From a virus (taxonomy: Duplodnaviria > Caudoviricetes), in IMG/VR virus record IMGVR_UViG_3300006114_000054, positions 1 through 26,863 of that record: a stretch of 26,863 nt of DNA; one strand, written 5' to 3'. The notes under the pieces were generated by a model. The model did not search any database. It was not told the origin of the DNA and saw only the letters and a program-made list of their open reading frames with translations. Shown piece after piece: positions 9,075 to 24,000 of the stretch. How positions within the stretch are numbered: the stretch's first letter is position 1; each line of letters begins with the position of its first letter. Position numbers and translations under genes: made by a program.

Positions 9075-12000
9075 TAATAACAATCCATTAGGTAATACCG
9101 GTCTTACCGTAAATTTTCTTCCTAAATTTTATCAGTCAGACGCTAATAAAAAATTCTTACAAGCTACATTAGATCAATTATATCAACCTGGCAGTATTAA
9201 AAAAATTAATGGCTATGTAGGTAGAGAAAATGCAAAAAGTGCCACTGGCGCCGATGTTTATCTAACTGCGGCTGATGCTAGTAGACAAAATTACCAATTA
9301 GAACCGGCTATAACAGTAACAGATAAAATTGGTAATCAAACATTCTTTAAAGATTATATAGATTACATTAATCAAATTGGAACATTTGGCGGTAATACTA
9401 GCAATCACGCTCGATTAAACAAACAAGAATTTTACAGTTGGGATCCTCATATCGATTGGGATAAGTTTGTTAATTTTCAAAATTATTACTGGATGCCATA
9501 CGGTCCTGACACTATTAAAATTGTAGGACAACAACAAGCTATTACAAGTACATATACTGTTACTGTTGAATCAGAATTAAGTAATAACGAGTATTTGTTT
9601 ACACCTAACGGTTTTACACGTAATCCTGTATTAAAATTATACAGAGGACAAACATATACATTTGAAATTACAAGTCCGGGAAATCCTTTTAGTTTTAAAA
9701 CAGCTAGAAGTCCAGGTAGTGATGATCGATATGTAACATCTAACATAGACAACTATGCAGTAGAAAATGGAACTATTACATTTAGTGTTCCATTAGATGC
9801 TCCAACTTTGTTATTTTACCAAAGTGAGTCAGATATTAATTTAGGTGGAGCAATTGAAGTTTTAGATATTACCGCCGATACTTACATAGATATAGCAAAT
9901 GACATGCTAGGTAAAAAGCATTATAAGCTACCCGACGGTACTGCTCTAAGTAATGGAATGAAATTAGCTTTTGAAGGCAATGTTATTCCGGCAGAATATG
10001 CTGTAGGAGAATTTTATGTTGAAGGTGTTGGCGTTGCAATTAAATTAATTCCAACAACAATTTTAGAAGTTGTTAATCCTTACACTGAAGAAAAAACTAT
10101 TCCTTTTGACAGCGACAAATTTGATAGTTTACCTTTTAGTGATGCTAGCGGATATGCTGGATCATCGGACTATATTGTTATTAACAGAACAAGCAATGAT
10201 AGAAATAATTGGAGTCGATACAACCATTGGTTCCATAAAGATGTCATCGCTACTAGTTCAACCTATAACGGTAATCCTGTTGAATTAGATCAAACAGCAA
10301 GGGCTATTAGACCTATTATTGAATTTGATGCAGATTTAAAACTTGCTAACTATGGAACAACTGCAATCGATGATATCGATATCATCGATGATTATACTAC
10401 AGATGCGTTTAGTACTATTGAAGGATTGTTTGCTTATAATGTTGACGGAGTAGCACTTGCAGAAGGTCAGCGCATTATTTTTACTGCCGATACTGATAGA
10501 CTTGTAAAAAATAAAATATTTAAAGTTACATTTGTTGATGTATTACATTTAAGTAAAGGTAGCAGACAAATTCATTTAGTAGAAATTGCAGATCCAGTAG
10601 AGTATCAAGTAGCCACTGTTAAATTTGGTAACAAATATCAAGGCAAAACATTTTGGTATAACGGAACTTCGTGGATTAAAAGTCAGCAAAAACTTACAGT
10701 AAATCAAGCTCCGTTGTTTGATGTCGTAGACGAAAATGGTATAAGTTTTGGAGATTCTAGTGTTTATAACGGAACTACCTTTGTTGGAACTACATTGTTT
10801 TCTTATAAGACAGGAACAGGGTTATCTGATACTGCGTTAGGTTTTCCATTGAGTTATAGAAATATTAGTAATATTGGTGATATTGTTTTTAATTTTACCT
10901 TAGCAACTGATACTTTTCAATATAAACAAACTACAAGTCTTATAACACAAGCCATTAATGTTGGATATCTTGTAAGTCAGACTTATGCTGGAAAAACAAT
11001 TTATGAAAACGGCTGGCAAACATGCACCGCACCTAATACACAAGCGGCAATTAGAATATATAAAAATTCTGGACAAACAAATAATTTTAATATTGATATT
11101 TTTGACGATGTTAGTAATTTGTTGGATCTAGTAGTAAGAGTTTATGTAAATGGAATCAGATTAAGTCCAACTTTATGGAAACTGGTTACAAATTCAGATT
11201 ATGTTCAAGTACAACTTACAACTGATATTGCATTAACTGATGTATTAACTATAAGAGCATTTGCCGCACAACCTATAAACAGCAATGGTTATTATGAAAT
11301 TCCAGTAAATTTACAAAATAATCCTTTGAATAATGTAATGGGAGATTTTACATTAGGTGAAGTTGCCGACCATGTAAATTCTATTGTTGATAATTTAGCT
11401 ACTACTTTTGTAGGAACATTTCCAGGAGATAGTAATTTAAGAGATTTAGGAAATGTAACTCAGTACGGCACTAAATTTGTCCAACATAGCGGACCATTGA
11501 GTCTTGCAATTTATCATATTACCAATCAATCGAATAATATTGTACGTAGTCTAGAACAAGCACGAGATGATTATAATAGCTTTAAAAGAAATTTTATTAA
11601 AACTGCTAGCAATTTAGGTATTGATGGCGACCCAGTTGTTATTACAAATTTAATTTTACAAAAACTTAATAAAGATAAACCTAATACTTCCCCATATTAT
11701 TTTAGTGATATGGCGCCTTATGGTGCTTGTGTGGTTACAAATCTCACAGTAGTTGATTATAGAATTAAACAATATCCGTTATCTAGTGTGTTTACATTAA
11801 CAACTTTATCAAATAAAGCAGTTGGTGTATATTATAACGGTATACAGATGATTTATGGGCAAGATTATACATTTGATAATTCTGGTTTTATAGTTGTACA
11901 AGATTCATTTACGCTAACTAATGGAAGTACTATTAGCACATATGAATATGATAGCACTGATGGCAGTTTTATTCCGGCTACTCCAACAAAACTTGGATTA

Positions 12001-15000
12001 TGGCCTGCTTATGTTCCGCAAATTTATACAGATACAACACTAGTAACTCCAAGAACGATGATACAAGGCCATGATGGTAGCCAAGTATTAGCTTACGGTG
12101 ACTATCGTGACGATTTAATTTTAGAATTAGAAAAACGTATATACAACAATATTAAAGTACAATACGATCCTACTATTTTTGACATTGCTGATGTCATTCC
12201 TAGTTATAACAGACCAAACGATTATACTTTATCAGAGTTTAATGATGTTCTTGCTCCTAATTTTTACAAGTGGGTGCAACTATCAGGACGAGATTTTACT
12301 AAACCTCTAAGCTATGATATAACAAATCCGTTTACTTATAACTATTCTGAATCAAATGCACCTGACGGTAGAAATATTCCAGGTTATTGGAGAGGAATTT
12401 ATCAATATATTTTAGATACTGACCGTCCTAATTTATGTCCTTGGGAAATGTTAGGGTTTAGTATTATGCCTAGTTGGTGGGTAGACTTATATGGACCTGC
12501 TCCTTATACTGGAGACAATTTGCCAATGTGGCAAGATATTAGCCAAGGCCTAGTAAGAGCTCCAGGAGTGCCTCCAGTTAAACTAAGCAAGTATGCTAAA
12601 CCGTTCTTAATGCAACATATTCCTGTAGATAGTGATGGGTTATTATTCAGCCCAAGAGAATCGGGTCTTGCTTATGGTACTATTACTCCAAGCATAGATA
12701 ATAACTTTGTATTCGGTGATGTAAGTCCAGTCGAAGGTGCCTGGCGCCGTAGCAGCCACTATCCATTTAGTGTATTAATTACTTCTATCTTATTAACTCC
12801 TGCAAAAACATTTGGTCTAGTACTTGACAGATCAAATATTTCAAGAAATCTTGCAGGTCAACTTGTTTACAAGTCTACTAATTTAAGAGTTCGACCAAAA
12901 GATATAGTATTACCAAGCATTTACTCTAGTGCAATTCGTGTTCAAACTGCCGGCGTAATCAATTATATAGTAGATCATATCTTGAATTTTATCTTTAGTA
13001 ATAATATTAAAGATTACAATCAATACTCTACAGACTTGACTACAATGACAAGTCAAATTAGTTATAGAGTTGGAGCATTTACTAGTAAAGAACAATTTAA
13101 TTTATTACTAGATAGCAAAACTCCACAAAGTGCCGGAAGTGTGTTTGTTCCTCAGGAAAATTATCATGTTAATATTAACAGCTCTAGTCCAATTAGAAGA
13201 ATAAACTATAGTGGTGTTATTATTACTAAACTTCAAGCTGGATACGAAGTTAAAGGATATAGTATTACTCATCCTTATTTCAAATATTATCCATATACTC
13301 AAACTGGTCAAAGCATTAATATTGGAGGCATAAGCGAGGCTTATTCTACATGGACAGCAGGCCAACAGTACATTGCTAATTCTGTTGTGTTATACAACGG
13401 AAGATTTTACAGAGCATTAAGTACATTAACTGCCGGCTTAACATTCGATGCTACATCCTTTGCTGAATTATCTAGTTTGCCTATTATAGGTGGTCAAAAT
13501 GCTGTATTAAGAAAATTATGGGATCGATCAAATCCTATAACTGTTCCTTATGGAACAGAGTTCTCTTCAATACAAGATGTTGTTGATTTCTTACAAGGTT
13601 ACGGAGAATGGTTAAAAGATCAAGGTTTTGTATTTGATGATTTTAATACAAGTTTGAATAATGTTAGTAACTGGGATACTAGTGCTAAAGAATTCTTGTT
13701 CTGGACCACACAAAACTGGACAGCAGGCGAAGATAAGTGGAGCGATTGGACTCCAAATGAACCAGTACCATACGGTACTATAGTAAGATATAATGGCGAT
13801 TATTATAGCGCATTGTATAATCTTGCGGCATCTGCAATATTTGATCCAATTAAGTATACAAAATTAGACGGATTAAGTACAGTAGGTAGTAGTGTTATAA
13901 GCCTAAGCCCTGCGGCAAACAAACTTACCTTTAATGTTCCATTAGCAGTAGTCGATAACATTAGTAATCAATTCTACGAATATGAAATATTTAAAGTTGA
14001 TGGAACACCATTGGCACCATTATTCTTAGACAGCTTTAGAGAAGGTAATATTGTAAGTTACAGTCCACGTACTGATGATGGAATCTATGGTGCTAGTTTT
14101 TATCTAATTCAAAATGAGCATGTAATTACATTAGATAATTCTACAATTTTTAATGATGTAATTTACAATCCAGAAAGCGGATATAGACAAGAACGTATTA
14201 AAGTTTCAGGACACGTGAGTCTTGACTGGTACGGTGGGTTAGATGTTCCAGGATTTATTTTTGACCAAGCTAATATTCAGCAATGGCAACCATGGAAAGA
14301 TTATGCATTAGGCGATATAGTTAACTATCAAGGTTTTTATTATGCAGCCAACGCATCGATTCCTGGTGTACAATTTTTTGATGCAACAAATTGGAATCAA
14401 CTATCTTCTAGACCACAAGCGGAATTAATTCCTAACTGGACTTATAAGGCAACCCAATTTACTGACTTTTATAGTTTAGATAGCGATAACTTTGACAACC
14501 AACAACAAAAAATGGCACAACATTTAATTGGTTATCAAAAACGTCAGTATTTAGATAATATTATCCAAGATGATGTTAGCGAATTTAAATTTTATCAAGG
14601 AATGATTCGTGAAAAAGGAACACAAAATGTTCTTAATAAACTATTTAATGTCCTTAGTTCAGACAGCGAAGAAAGTTTAACATTCTACGAAGAATGGGCT
14701 ATACGTGCAGGCCAGTACGGTGCGGCAAAAGCATTTGAAGAAATTGAATTTATATTAGACGAAGGGTTGTTTAGATCGAATCCGCAAGGCTTTGAATTAG
14801 TTAATACCATTGATACTAATTTAAAAAATACATTTATTATACAACAAACTCCTAACGATGTTTACTTAACACCATTGGGGTATAATAGTCAGCCTTGGCC
14901 ATTATTAACTACATACTATCCTTTCCTAAGAAGTGCTGGGTATGTGAATAGTAAAGAAATATTTTTAAGCCTGGGCTATTTGCCAGAAATAGTTAATCAA

Positions 15001-18000
15001 GATATTACTTCTTTCAACGAAGGAGCATATATTTGGGTAGCATTTGAAGGACCTAGTTGGAATTTGTATAGATATACTGATATCCATTTGTCTATTACTG
15101 GTGTTTCATATAATTTAAGTACAAAAACATTAACACTTACTACACAAAATTTAACAGGATTATCTGTCGGACAATGGATTGGTCTGTCACAAGTAACAAT
15201 ATTACAAGGTTTTTATCAAATTACTAGTGTAAAACTGAATACTTTTACAGTAACAGCTAATTTAGGAAATTTTCCAAATCCGTTTAATCAAAGTAATGAA
15301 CTTGTTGTGTATTCTCTAGTTAGTCAACGTACTAATAGCATAGATAATTTAGACTCTATCCTCACTTTAAAATTAAATCCAGGCGAACTAGTATGGACAG
15401 ATGACAAGGGCGACGGTAAATGGGCCAGCTGGGTATATAATCCTGTTTATACATTGAGTAATGTTAATAATCAAGCCGCACAAAATCAATTAAGATTTGG
15501 TAATATTATTGCAGTAAACAACAAAGGCACATTAGCCGCAGTTGGATCTAGCTTCGGGGAAATAATTACTTACGATAAAGCAGGTACAGTAACTCCTTGG
15601 GTGCAACGCCAAATTATATCTGCTCCATATATTGCTACCAACATAGTATTTTTATTAACAGGTTCTATTTCTATTAACGGAAATGTCCTAACTACGACAA
15701 ATGCTGTAACTAATATGATTGGCGGCTTGATAGAAGGCCCAGGAATTCCATATGGAACTACAATAATTTCTGTGTCTGCTGGAACTAGCGTAACTATTAG
15801 TCAAACATCTACTGCAACAGTTAGCTCATCAACATTTACAATTACTGCAAGTCAGAATTTACCTACAACACTATCTACTTCAATAGCATTTTCAAGTGGT
15901 GGTACATGGATGGCATCTGCTAGCCCGTTAGCTGGCTATGCAGCCACTAACTATCTTGGTGCATACACTAGTGTAAACACTTCAACATTAAGTGCAGGCG
16001 TAGTAGTTTCAACTGGTTCTGGAACTAATATTGCTTACTGGCAAGCATTGACAACTGTATTGCCTAATCATACACCTACATCTACATCGGCGTACTGGGA
16101 ACAAATTTATTATCTACCTGTTAATTCATATGGTACATGGTCAATATATAATTCTTATCCAAATAATACATTAGTTGTTTATAAATCTAAATTATATCAA
16201 TCTAATCAGGCACTATATGGCCAAACAACTATAAACATTTATGGTACAAATACCAGCGGAGTTATAACCGCTGATACTACTGCAGGATTAGCATCAGGAT
16301 ATGAAATTATTTTTTCAGGATTTTCGTTTGGCGGTATAATAATTGGAGCTCCGTATTATATTGTTTCTGTTTTAAGTTCAACTACATTTACAGTTTCGGG
16401 ACAACAAGGCAGTTCTAATTTATCTCCATTAACTACAGCAACAAATTCTGCTGGCGCAATGACAGCTACACAGCAACCACTACCTTCACCGGGTTCTAAC
16501 AGCCAATGGACAGATATTACTAGTCAAGCCACATCAGCTTATGTAGGTCTTGACACTACATATTATCTTGGCGGTCCTGCTGGCCAAGGTGTTGTCAGCT
16601 TATACAAGAAAGATGCTAATAACAATTATTTCTTAATTGATACTATTGTTAGCCCATTGTTTGTGACAAACGAAAACTTTGGTAGTAATTTAGTATTTGG
16701 TACTAATGAATTATACGTATCTGCAACCGGTTATAAAAATAGTAGCAATGTAACAGTCGGTGCAGTATATAAATTAAAATATTCTACTATAATACAACAA
16801 TCAACTAGTTATAATCCTGCTGGTAGTAGTTTTGGCACATTAAAAGTTGCTAGTACAAGCGGTATAAGAGTTGGAATGAGTTTGGTCAACCCTGCATTTG
16901 TCAGCGGACAAACTGTTATCAGTGTAGTCGACAGCACTACATTATTGTTAAGCGGTAGTCCAGATTCTATCCCAAGCGGCATTATTCAATTTGCAGTAAC
17001 TGGGTGGGGATATGATTTTACAGAATTCTATACAGGTTCAGTTTCTGGAGGCAACTTTGGTAGTGCCATTAGCTTGAGTCAAGACGGTTCTACACTTGCT
17101 ATTAGTGCAAGCGGTGGAACACAAAACGGTCTTGTAAAAATTTATAAAAATTCTGGAACAGGATTTAGTTTGTTGCAAACTATTACAGGAACTGATTTAG
17201 ATTTTGGAATTAGTACAAGCATATCTAATTCTGGAACTTATATTGCAATTTCTGATGATACAGCTACGACTCCAGGATTTGTACAACGTGGCGGAGTAAG
17301 TGTATACAGTTATGCAAACAATACTTACAGTTCTTATTACTCTTTAGTACCTCACATTCCAGAAACCAATGGGCATTTTGGAAATAAGATATCGTTTATG
17401 AATGACTACGAAACACTGGTAGTGTTTAGTCAATACGGTGATACTAGAATTATAACTACTTTTGATAATAACAAAACAACATTTGATAAAAACAGTACAG
17501 ATTTTGTATACAATCAAGTCAATGGCGGACGTATTGATGTGTATGATGTGTATGCTACTAAATGGGTCTTTAGCGAAAGTTTAACTAAATCTAATCCAGT
17601 AGTTTCTGCTGGAGAATTTGTTATAAATGATGTTTATCAAATTTTAACTTTAGGTACAACAGACTTTACAAAAGTCGGAGCAAGTACAAACGCCATCGGA
17701 GTAACATTTACTGCTACAGGTGATGGAGCAGGAACTGGAACAGCGGCTTTAAAAACTAATGAAACTATAGAACTTGATGGATACGGATCAGGATTTGCAG
17801 TTGGATCCAATCATATTTTAGTCGGGTTGCCTGAAGCAGTTGATCAAGGTTATGTATCTGGTCGAGTAGTTGATTATGGAAAACCTGAAAATACCTTTAC
17901 ATGGACAGTTGACCATACCGAAGTTGATAAACCAGATGTAACTAAAATTAAAAAAGCCTTTTTATATAATAGAATTACAGGAGAATTATTAACTCATTTA

Positions 18001-21000
18001 GATGTTGTCGACATTGCCCAAGGAAAGGTCCCAGGGCCAGCAGACGAAGAAATTATGTATAAAGCATTTTATGATCCTGCTGTGTACAACACATTTAGCG
18101 GATCTACATCTCCAAATTCTTCTGCGGCATGGACAACTGACCAAGTAGGACAACTATGGTGGGATCTTCGCACCGCAAAAATTATCGATGCGTATGAAGA
18201 TGATCCTGTATATAGAAATACAAATTGGAGTACACTAGCTACTGGTTCTACTATAGACATCTATGAGTGGATTGGCACAAAATATAAACCAAGTCAATGG
18301 GACGCACAAGCAGACACTCCTGCTGGGTTAGCATTGAATATTAGCGGTACAAGTTTGTATGGAGATAATCAATATAGTATTCGTACAACTTATAATACTG
18401 TAACTAAATCAACTGTTACTACATATTATTACTGGGTTAAAAATAAGAAATTTATTCCTAATGTTTCAGGAAGACATATGGCGGCACAAGATGTGTCGAG
18501 TTTAATATCAAACCCAAGAGGTCAGGGCTATACATATCTTGCATTAACTGGCCCTAATAGTTTTAGTTTAATTAATGCTAAACAATATTTGTCATCAAAT
18601 AATGTTGTATTAAGCATACAATATTGGACTGGCACAAAAACAGATCAAAATATACATAGTCATTGGAAAATTATAAGCGATGACCCAACTACATATATTC
18701 CTACAGTAGTTGAACAAAAATGGATTGATAGTTTGTGTGGAAAAGATATCGCAGGTCGAGAAGTTCCTGATCCAAGATTACCGCCTAAGATTCGTTATGG
18801 TATCGAAAATCGTCCAAGACAAGGAATGTTTGTAAATAGATTTGAAGCATTAAAGCAATTTGTAGAATTAACAAATCAAATATTAGCCGAAAATCAAATT
18901 GTTGAAAGTGATAACATTGCACCTTTAGAAACTTACGATCCTCAACCAAGTATCATTTCTGGATTATATGATGCTGTATTTTCTGTAGATACGGATTTAA
19001 GTTATGCTAGTGTTGGTAATTTTACTCGTCCAAGCATAACACCTGTAGTTAATAACGGAAAAATTACAGGAGTGGTCATCAATAGTTCTGGCAAAGGTTA
19101 TATAACATCGATTAATGGAACAGCTACGGCACCATTCTTAACAGTTAATGGCGTAGGTGAAGGTGCAGTAGTCCAAGCAGTATTAAATGCTAAAGGACAA
19201 ATCATTGGGGCTAACATTATATCTCCGGGAGAAGGTTATACAGCAAATACTACTACAATCACAGTTAGAGATTATTCAGCATTAGTACAAAGTGATAGTC
19301 AAGCAAACGGTAATTGGAGCATTTATAGTTACGATCCAGTACAACAGTCTTGGAATCGTACATTAACACAAAGCTACGATGTAAGAAATTATTGGAATTA
19401 TAGTGATTGGTACGGATCATATGTCGATACTAATGGCAAAACAATCTTTACAGCCACACAATTTACAGTAGCAACTTTTGCTGTGGCTAACCTAACAGGT
19501 TTAAATGCTATTAATGCATCTATAGGCGATACTGTTAAAGTTAGAAATAGCAATAATGGCGGTTGGGAATTACTGTACAAATATGCAAATTCTACAAGCG
19601 TTGATTGGACACAATCTTATGCTACAGTTGGTATACAAAACGGTACGATACAATTAAGTAGTAGTTTGTATCAGTTAGCAAATACTGATTTAGGATTTGA
19701 TAATACAATATATGATTCTACAGGATTTGATAAAGTAGCCGCTACAGAATTAAGAATTATTTTAAACACACTTAAAAATAATATCTTTACTAAAGAAAAT
19801 AATTTAAATGGTAGTTATTCAGATATATTCTTTGCTGGCGTAAGATATGCATTAAGCGAACAGCCATATGTTGATTGGATTTTCAAAACAAGTTTTGTTA
19901 AAGCACAGCATAATGTTGGAGCATTGGATCGACCAGTTACTTACAAACCAGATAATCTAGCAAACTTCGAAGATTATGTTAACGAAGTTAAACCATATAA
20001 GACTAAAATCCGCGAATATGTAAGTAATTATAATAGTATTGACCCAGCGCAATTACCTATTACTGATTTTGACTTACAGCCAATATATGAAAACGGTGTT
20101 GTTAAAGTTATCGACACGTATGTTAGTAACGGTAAATTGCAATCCCAAGATGGTGCAGTAAGTACATATCCTTGGAATTTCTGGTTAACAAATGCAGGCT
20201 TTGAAGTTATTGATTTAAAATTAACCAGTAACGGTTCAAATTATATTACAGAACCACAAGTTGTCTTTACAAGTGATAGTGGCTCAGGCGCTACCGCCCG
20301 TGCATTTATTAGTAACGGACAAGTTAGCAGAATTGTATTATTAACATCAGGTAGCGGTTATTTGTCAGCACCAACTGTTACGATTAACGGTGGGCTATTA
20401 CAAACCGGTGTCGCCGCAACAGCTAGTGCCATTATTGGCAATAGTGTCGTTCGTGGCACACTAGTTGGTATGAAATTTGACCGCGTTGATTCTACTTATT
20501 TTATAACACAAAGAACTAAAACTGAAACATTTACTGGAAGCGGAAGTCAATTACAATTTTTATTAACATGGGGCCCAGATATAACTCTTGGAGCAAGCAC
20601 TGTTACTATCAATAATATTCTTGTTTTAAGAGACACATATAAAATGTCAGTCCTTAGCTCAACAGCTTCGGGTTATACAACTTATTATGGAATGATACAG
20701 TTTAACACTGCTCCTGTTAAGGGTTCTAGCATTAGTGTAACTTATCAAATTAATCAAGCGTTGTTAAAAGCCACAGATAGAATTCAATATTTGTATTCTC
20801 CAACAACTGGCGAATTAGGAAAAGATCTTGCACAATTAATGACAGGTGTTGATTATGGCGGAGTTGTTGTTAACGGTATAGGATTTAAATTATCCACAGG
20901 TTGGGATAGTTTACCATATTTTACGGACGCATGGGACACTTATGATGAGACATTTACTGATTATAACGTTATCGTAGATGCCAATACTAATACATTTACA

Positions 21001-24000
21001 TTACCATATACACCTGCGGCTGGCGTACAATTAAACTTATATAGAACACAAACTCATACTGATTCTTATCAATCGGATGGTGTTACTACAGTTTATAATT
21101 ACAGTCTTTCAGATATATTACCTTATGTAACTGTTGTAAATAATCTTGCAACTACTTCAGTAACCGCAGTAGGTAGTTTAACTATTGCAGTATCAAGCAC
21201 AGCAAGTTTGAAACTTAATGATGTAGTGACATTGGCAAACTACAGTGCCTTTAGTTATGATACTACTGTTGCTGGAATTAACGGTAATACTGTTACTTTA
21301 AGTAATATTATATATGAAGCTATTCCACAAGGTACTTATATCACATTTACCCGTACATTAGTTCAGCCAACCGATGTTATTATTAATTCTGACGGACAAA
21401 TTAAATTAACTAATTTGTCTAATTCAAAAATACTTTCTGGAACAATTATTAATATTATTGGTCAATTAAATCCTGTCAGACTTGATGATCCATATTATAA
21501 TATTAATCCTTTTATACAAGATTTAGTAAATGCATTTGCTTATGATACAGCATTTACTGTGATGGGTGTAACCAGTAATTTACAAAGTATTTTTGTAGCT
21601 CTTGAAATATTGGATCAAGTAACAACTTACGGATTTGATCCTGCTGCCACTGCATTTAGTGTAACATCTATTGCAAATGAAATATTAGCTATTCCAGCAG
21701 TAGCCGCAAACGCCAATGCAATTAGTACAATTAACACAAATCTTGCTAATATTGTAGGAATAATAAAACAAACTAATAATGGAGTTATACCTACTCCAGA
21801 ATTTCCAGCACCGTCTGGAACAAACACTGGTATTATTAATGCCGGAATATTGTTGTTTGATAACATACCATACATTCAAGCAGAAATGGTGGCGTATATT
21901 ACCACTACATATCCTAGTGTGAATTATAACCACGCTAGCTGTCAACGCGATGTTCAGTATGTTGTTTGGGCATTAATATACGATTTGACTTACGGCGGAA
22001 ATAGTCAAACTACACATGCTGGTTTAAGATATTGGTTATACAATAGCGTTTTAAATGTAGAACCCGTCAACTATTGGGAAGATGTTTATACACATTTTAA
22101 AACTATTTGTTTGGACATTATTACTAACACAGCATTTAGTTCTTTACAAAATATTTTTACACAATATATTAATACAGGACTAAATGGAGGATCTGCGGCA
22201 ACTACTAGCATTACAAATAATATCAATACATTCTTAACTATTATTGGATCTCCAAATAAACCAACTGTAACTGCAACAGCACCTACATTGACTAATGCTT
22301 CAGTTGCATTACAAAATGTAGCAACAGCAATATTAACAGCTACAGGTTTAACTCCTACATACAATACAAGTGCTATTGTAAACACATTCTTATCTAATGG
22401 TATTTCGGATAGTAATGGAGTTGTTACTAAGACATTTAGTATTTCAACACCTTATACTTCTATAGATGGCGGAGCATCATTTACTACATTGGATTCCGAA
22501 ATAGATGATGGCGGTAGCGCAAATTCAAATAGTCCAACAGTAACAGACGAAGGTGGCACTGCAAGTTCAACAGCATTTATTGTTAATGCAGGTGATGAAT
22601 TTATTATAAGACAAACTACAAGTGATGGTAGTATTGCTCCTAAAGCAACTGATTACGATACAAGTCTTAGCGGCGGCGATACTAGCCAATTAAACGGAAT
22701 ATATTTGACTGCTACTGGTCTTGCCGCAGATGATATTATTGTTGATGGAGATGATTTAATTACACCAACAACTAGCCCAGCACCAGAAGAAGTTGTGCCG
22801 GGGCAAGTCGTTGATGCGGTTGCAATTAAAGTATTTGACAAACCAAATAACGGTGCCGCTACAATGCGCACTGACAATTATATTGCAGACGGTACAACTA
22901 CAAGTTTTGCATTAAGCCAACAACCAAATAGCAAAGGTGCAGTAATTGTAAAATTAAATGATACAGTTAAAACTTTAAATGTAGATTATACTGTTGATTA
23001 TAGAAATCGTTTAGTTGTGTTTAGTAGTGCTCCGAGTGCAAATACACAAATTAGTTTGTTTAGTATTGGATTTAATGGCTCTAATATTTTAGATATAGAT
23101 CATTTTATTGGCGATGGTTATACAACTGAATTTGTAAGTAATGCAAAATGGCAAAATCTAATAACAACATTAGTTTATGTAGATGGAGTCGTTGCAAGCC
23201 CTCAAGTATTTGAAACTAATAATTCATATGATTTTTCTAATGCTGTTGCATTTAGATTCTCAGTTGCGCCAGCGGCAGGCGCATTAGTTAGTTTTATAGT
23301 TGTAGCAGGGTCTCAACAGACATTTGCAATTACTAAAGTAGAAACTGTAGCCACAAACGGCGCTACAACTTATACATTGCAAAATCAAATTGGCAATGCA
23401 TTGCCTAACGAATCTAATATGATTGTTCGTGTAGATCAAAATATATTACCAGCTCCTGTAAATAGTTATTTTACAATTGGCAGCAACAGATTAAATTATA
23501 CTATTGATTCTACTAAATTTGTTCCGTTTGCAGTGCTTATTACTAATATAGTTGTTTATGTCGGCAATGTTACTTTAGTTCAAGGAACTGATTATATTGT
23601 TGATTTGTCCGGTATTACAGTTAAAATTAATAAATCAATTTATAAAACATATTCGGGACAAACATTAATTGTAAGTATCATAACAAACGAAGGATATACA
23701 TTTAATCCTGCAACTAATCAAATTACATTTGCGCAAGCGTACGATAATACACATTTGGTACAAGTTATTAGCAGTTATCAACACGATATATTGAATATTG
23801 AGCGTACTGCGGTTAGTGTAACTAGTGATGCAGAATTAACTCCTAATAGTGCAAGTTTTTACTATTATCAATCAGCGGCCGGTGGCTTAATACAATTAGA
23901 TCGTCCAGTAATTAATGACTATTATGTATGGGTGATTAAAAATTCAACTTTATTAACTCCTACAGTAGAATATAAATTGAATGATGATTTACAAAGTATT

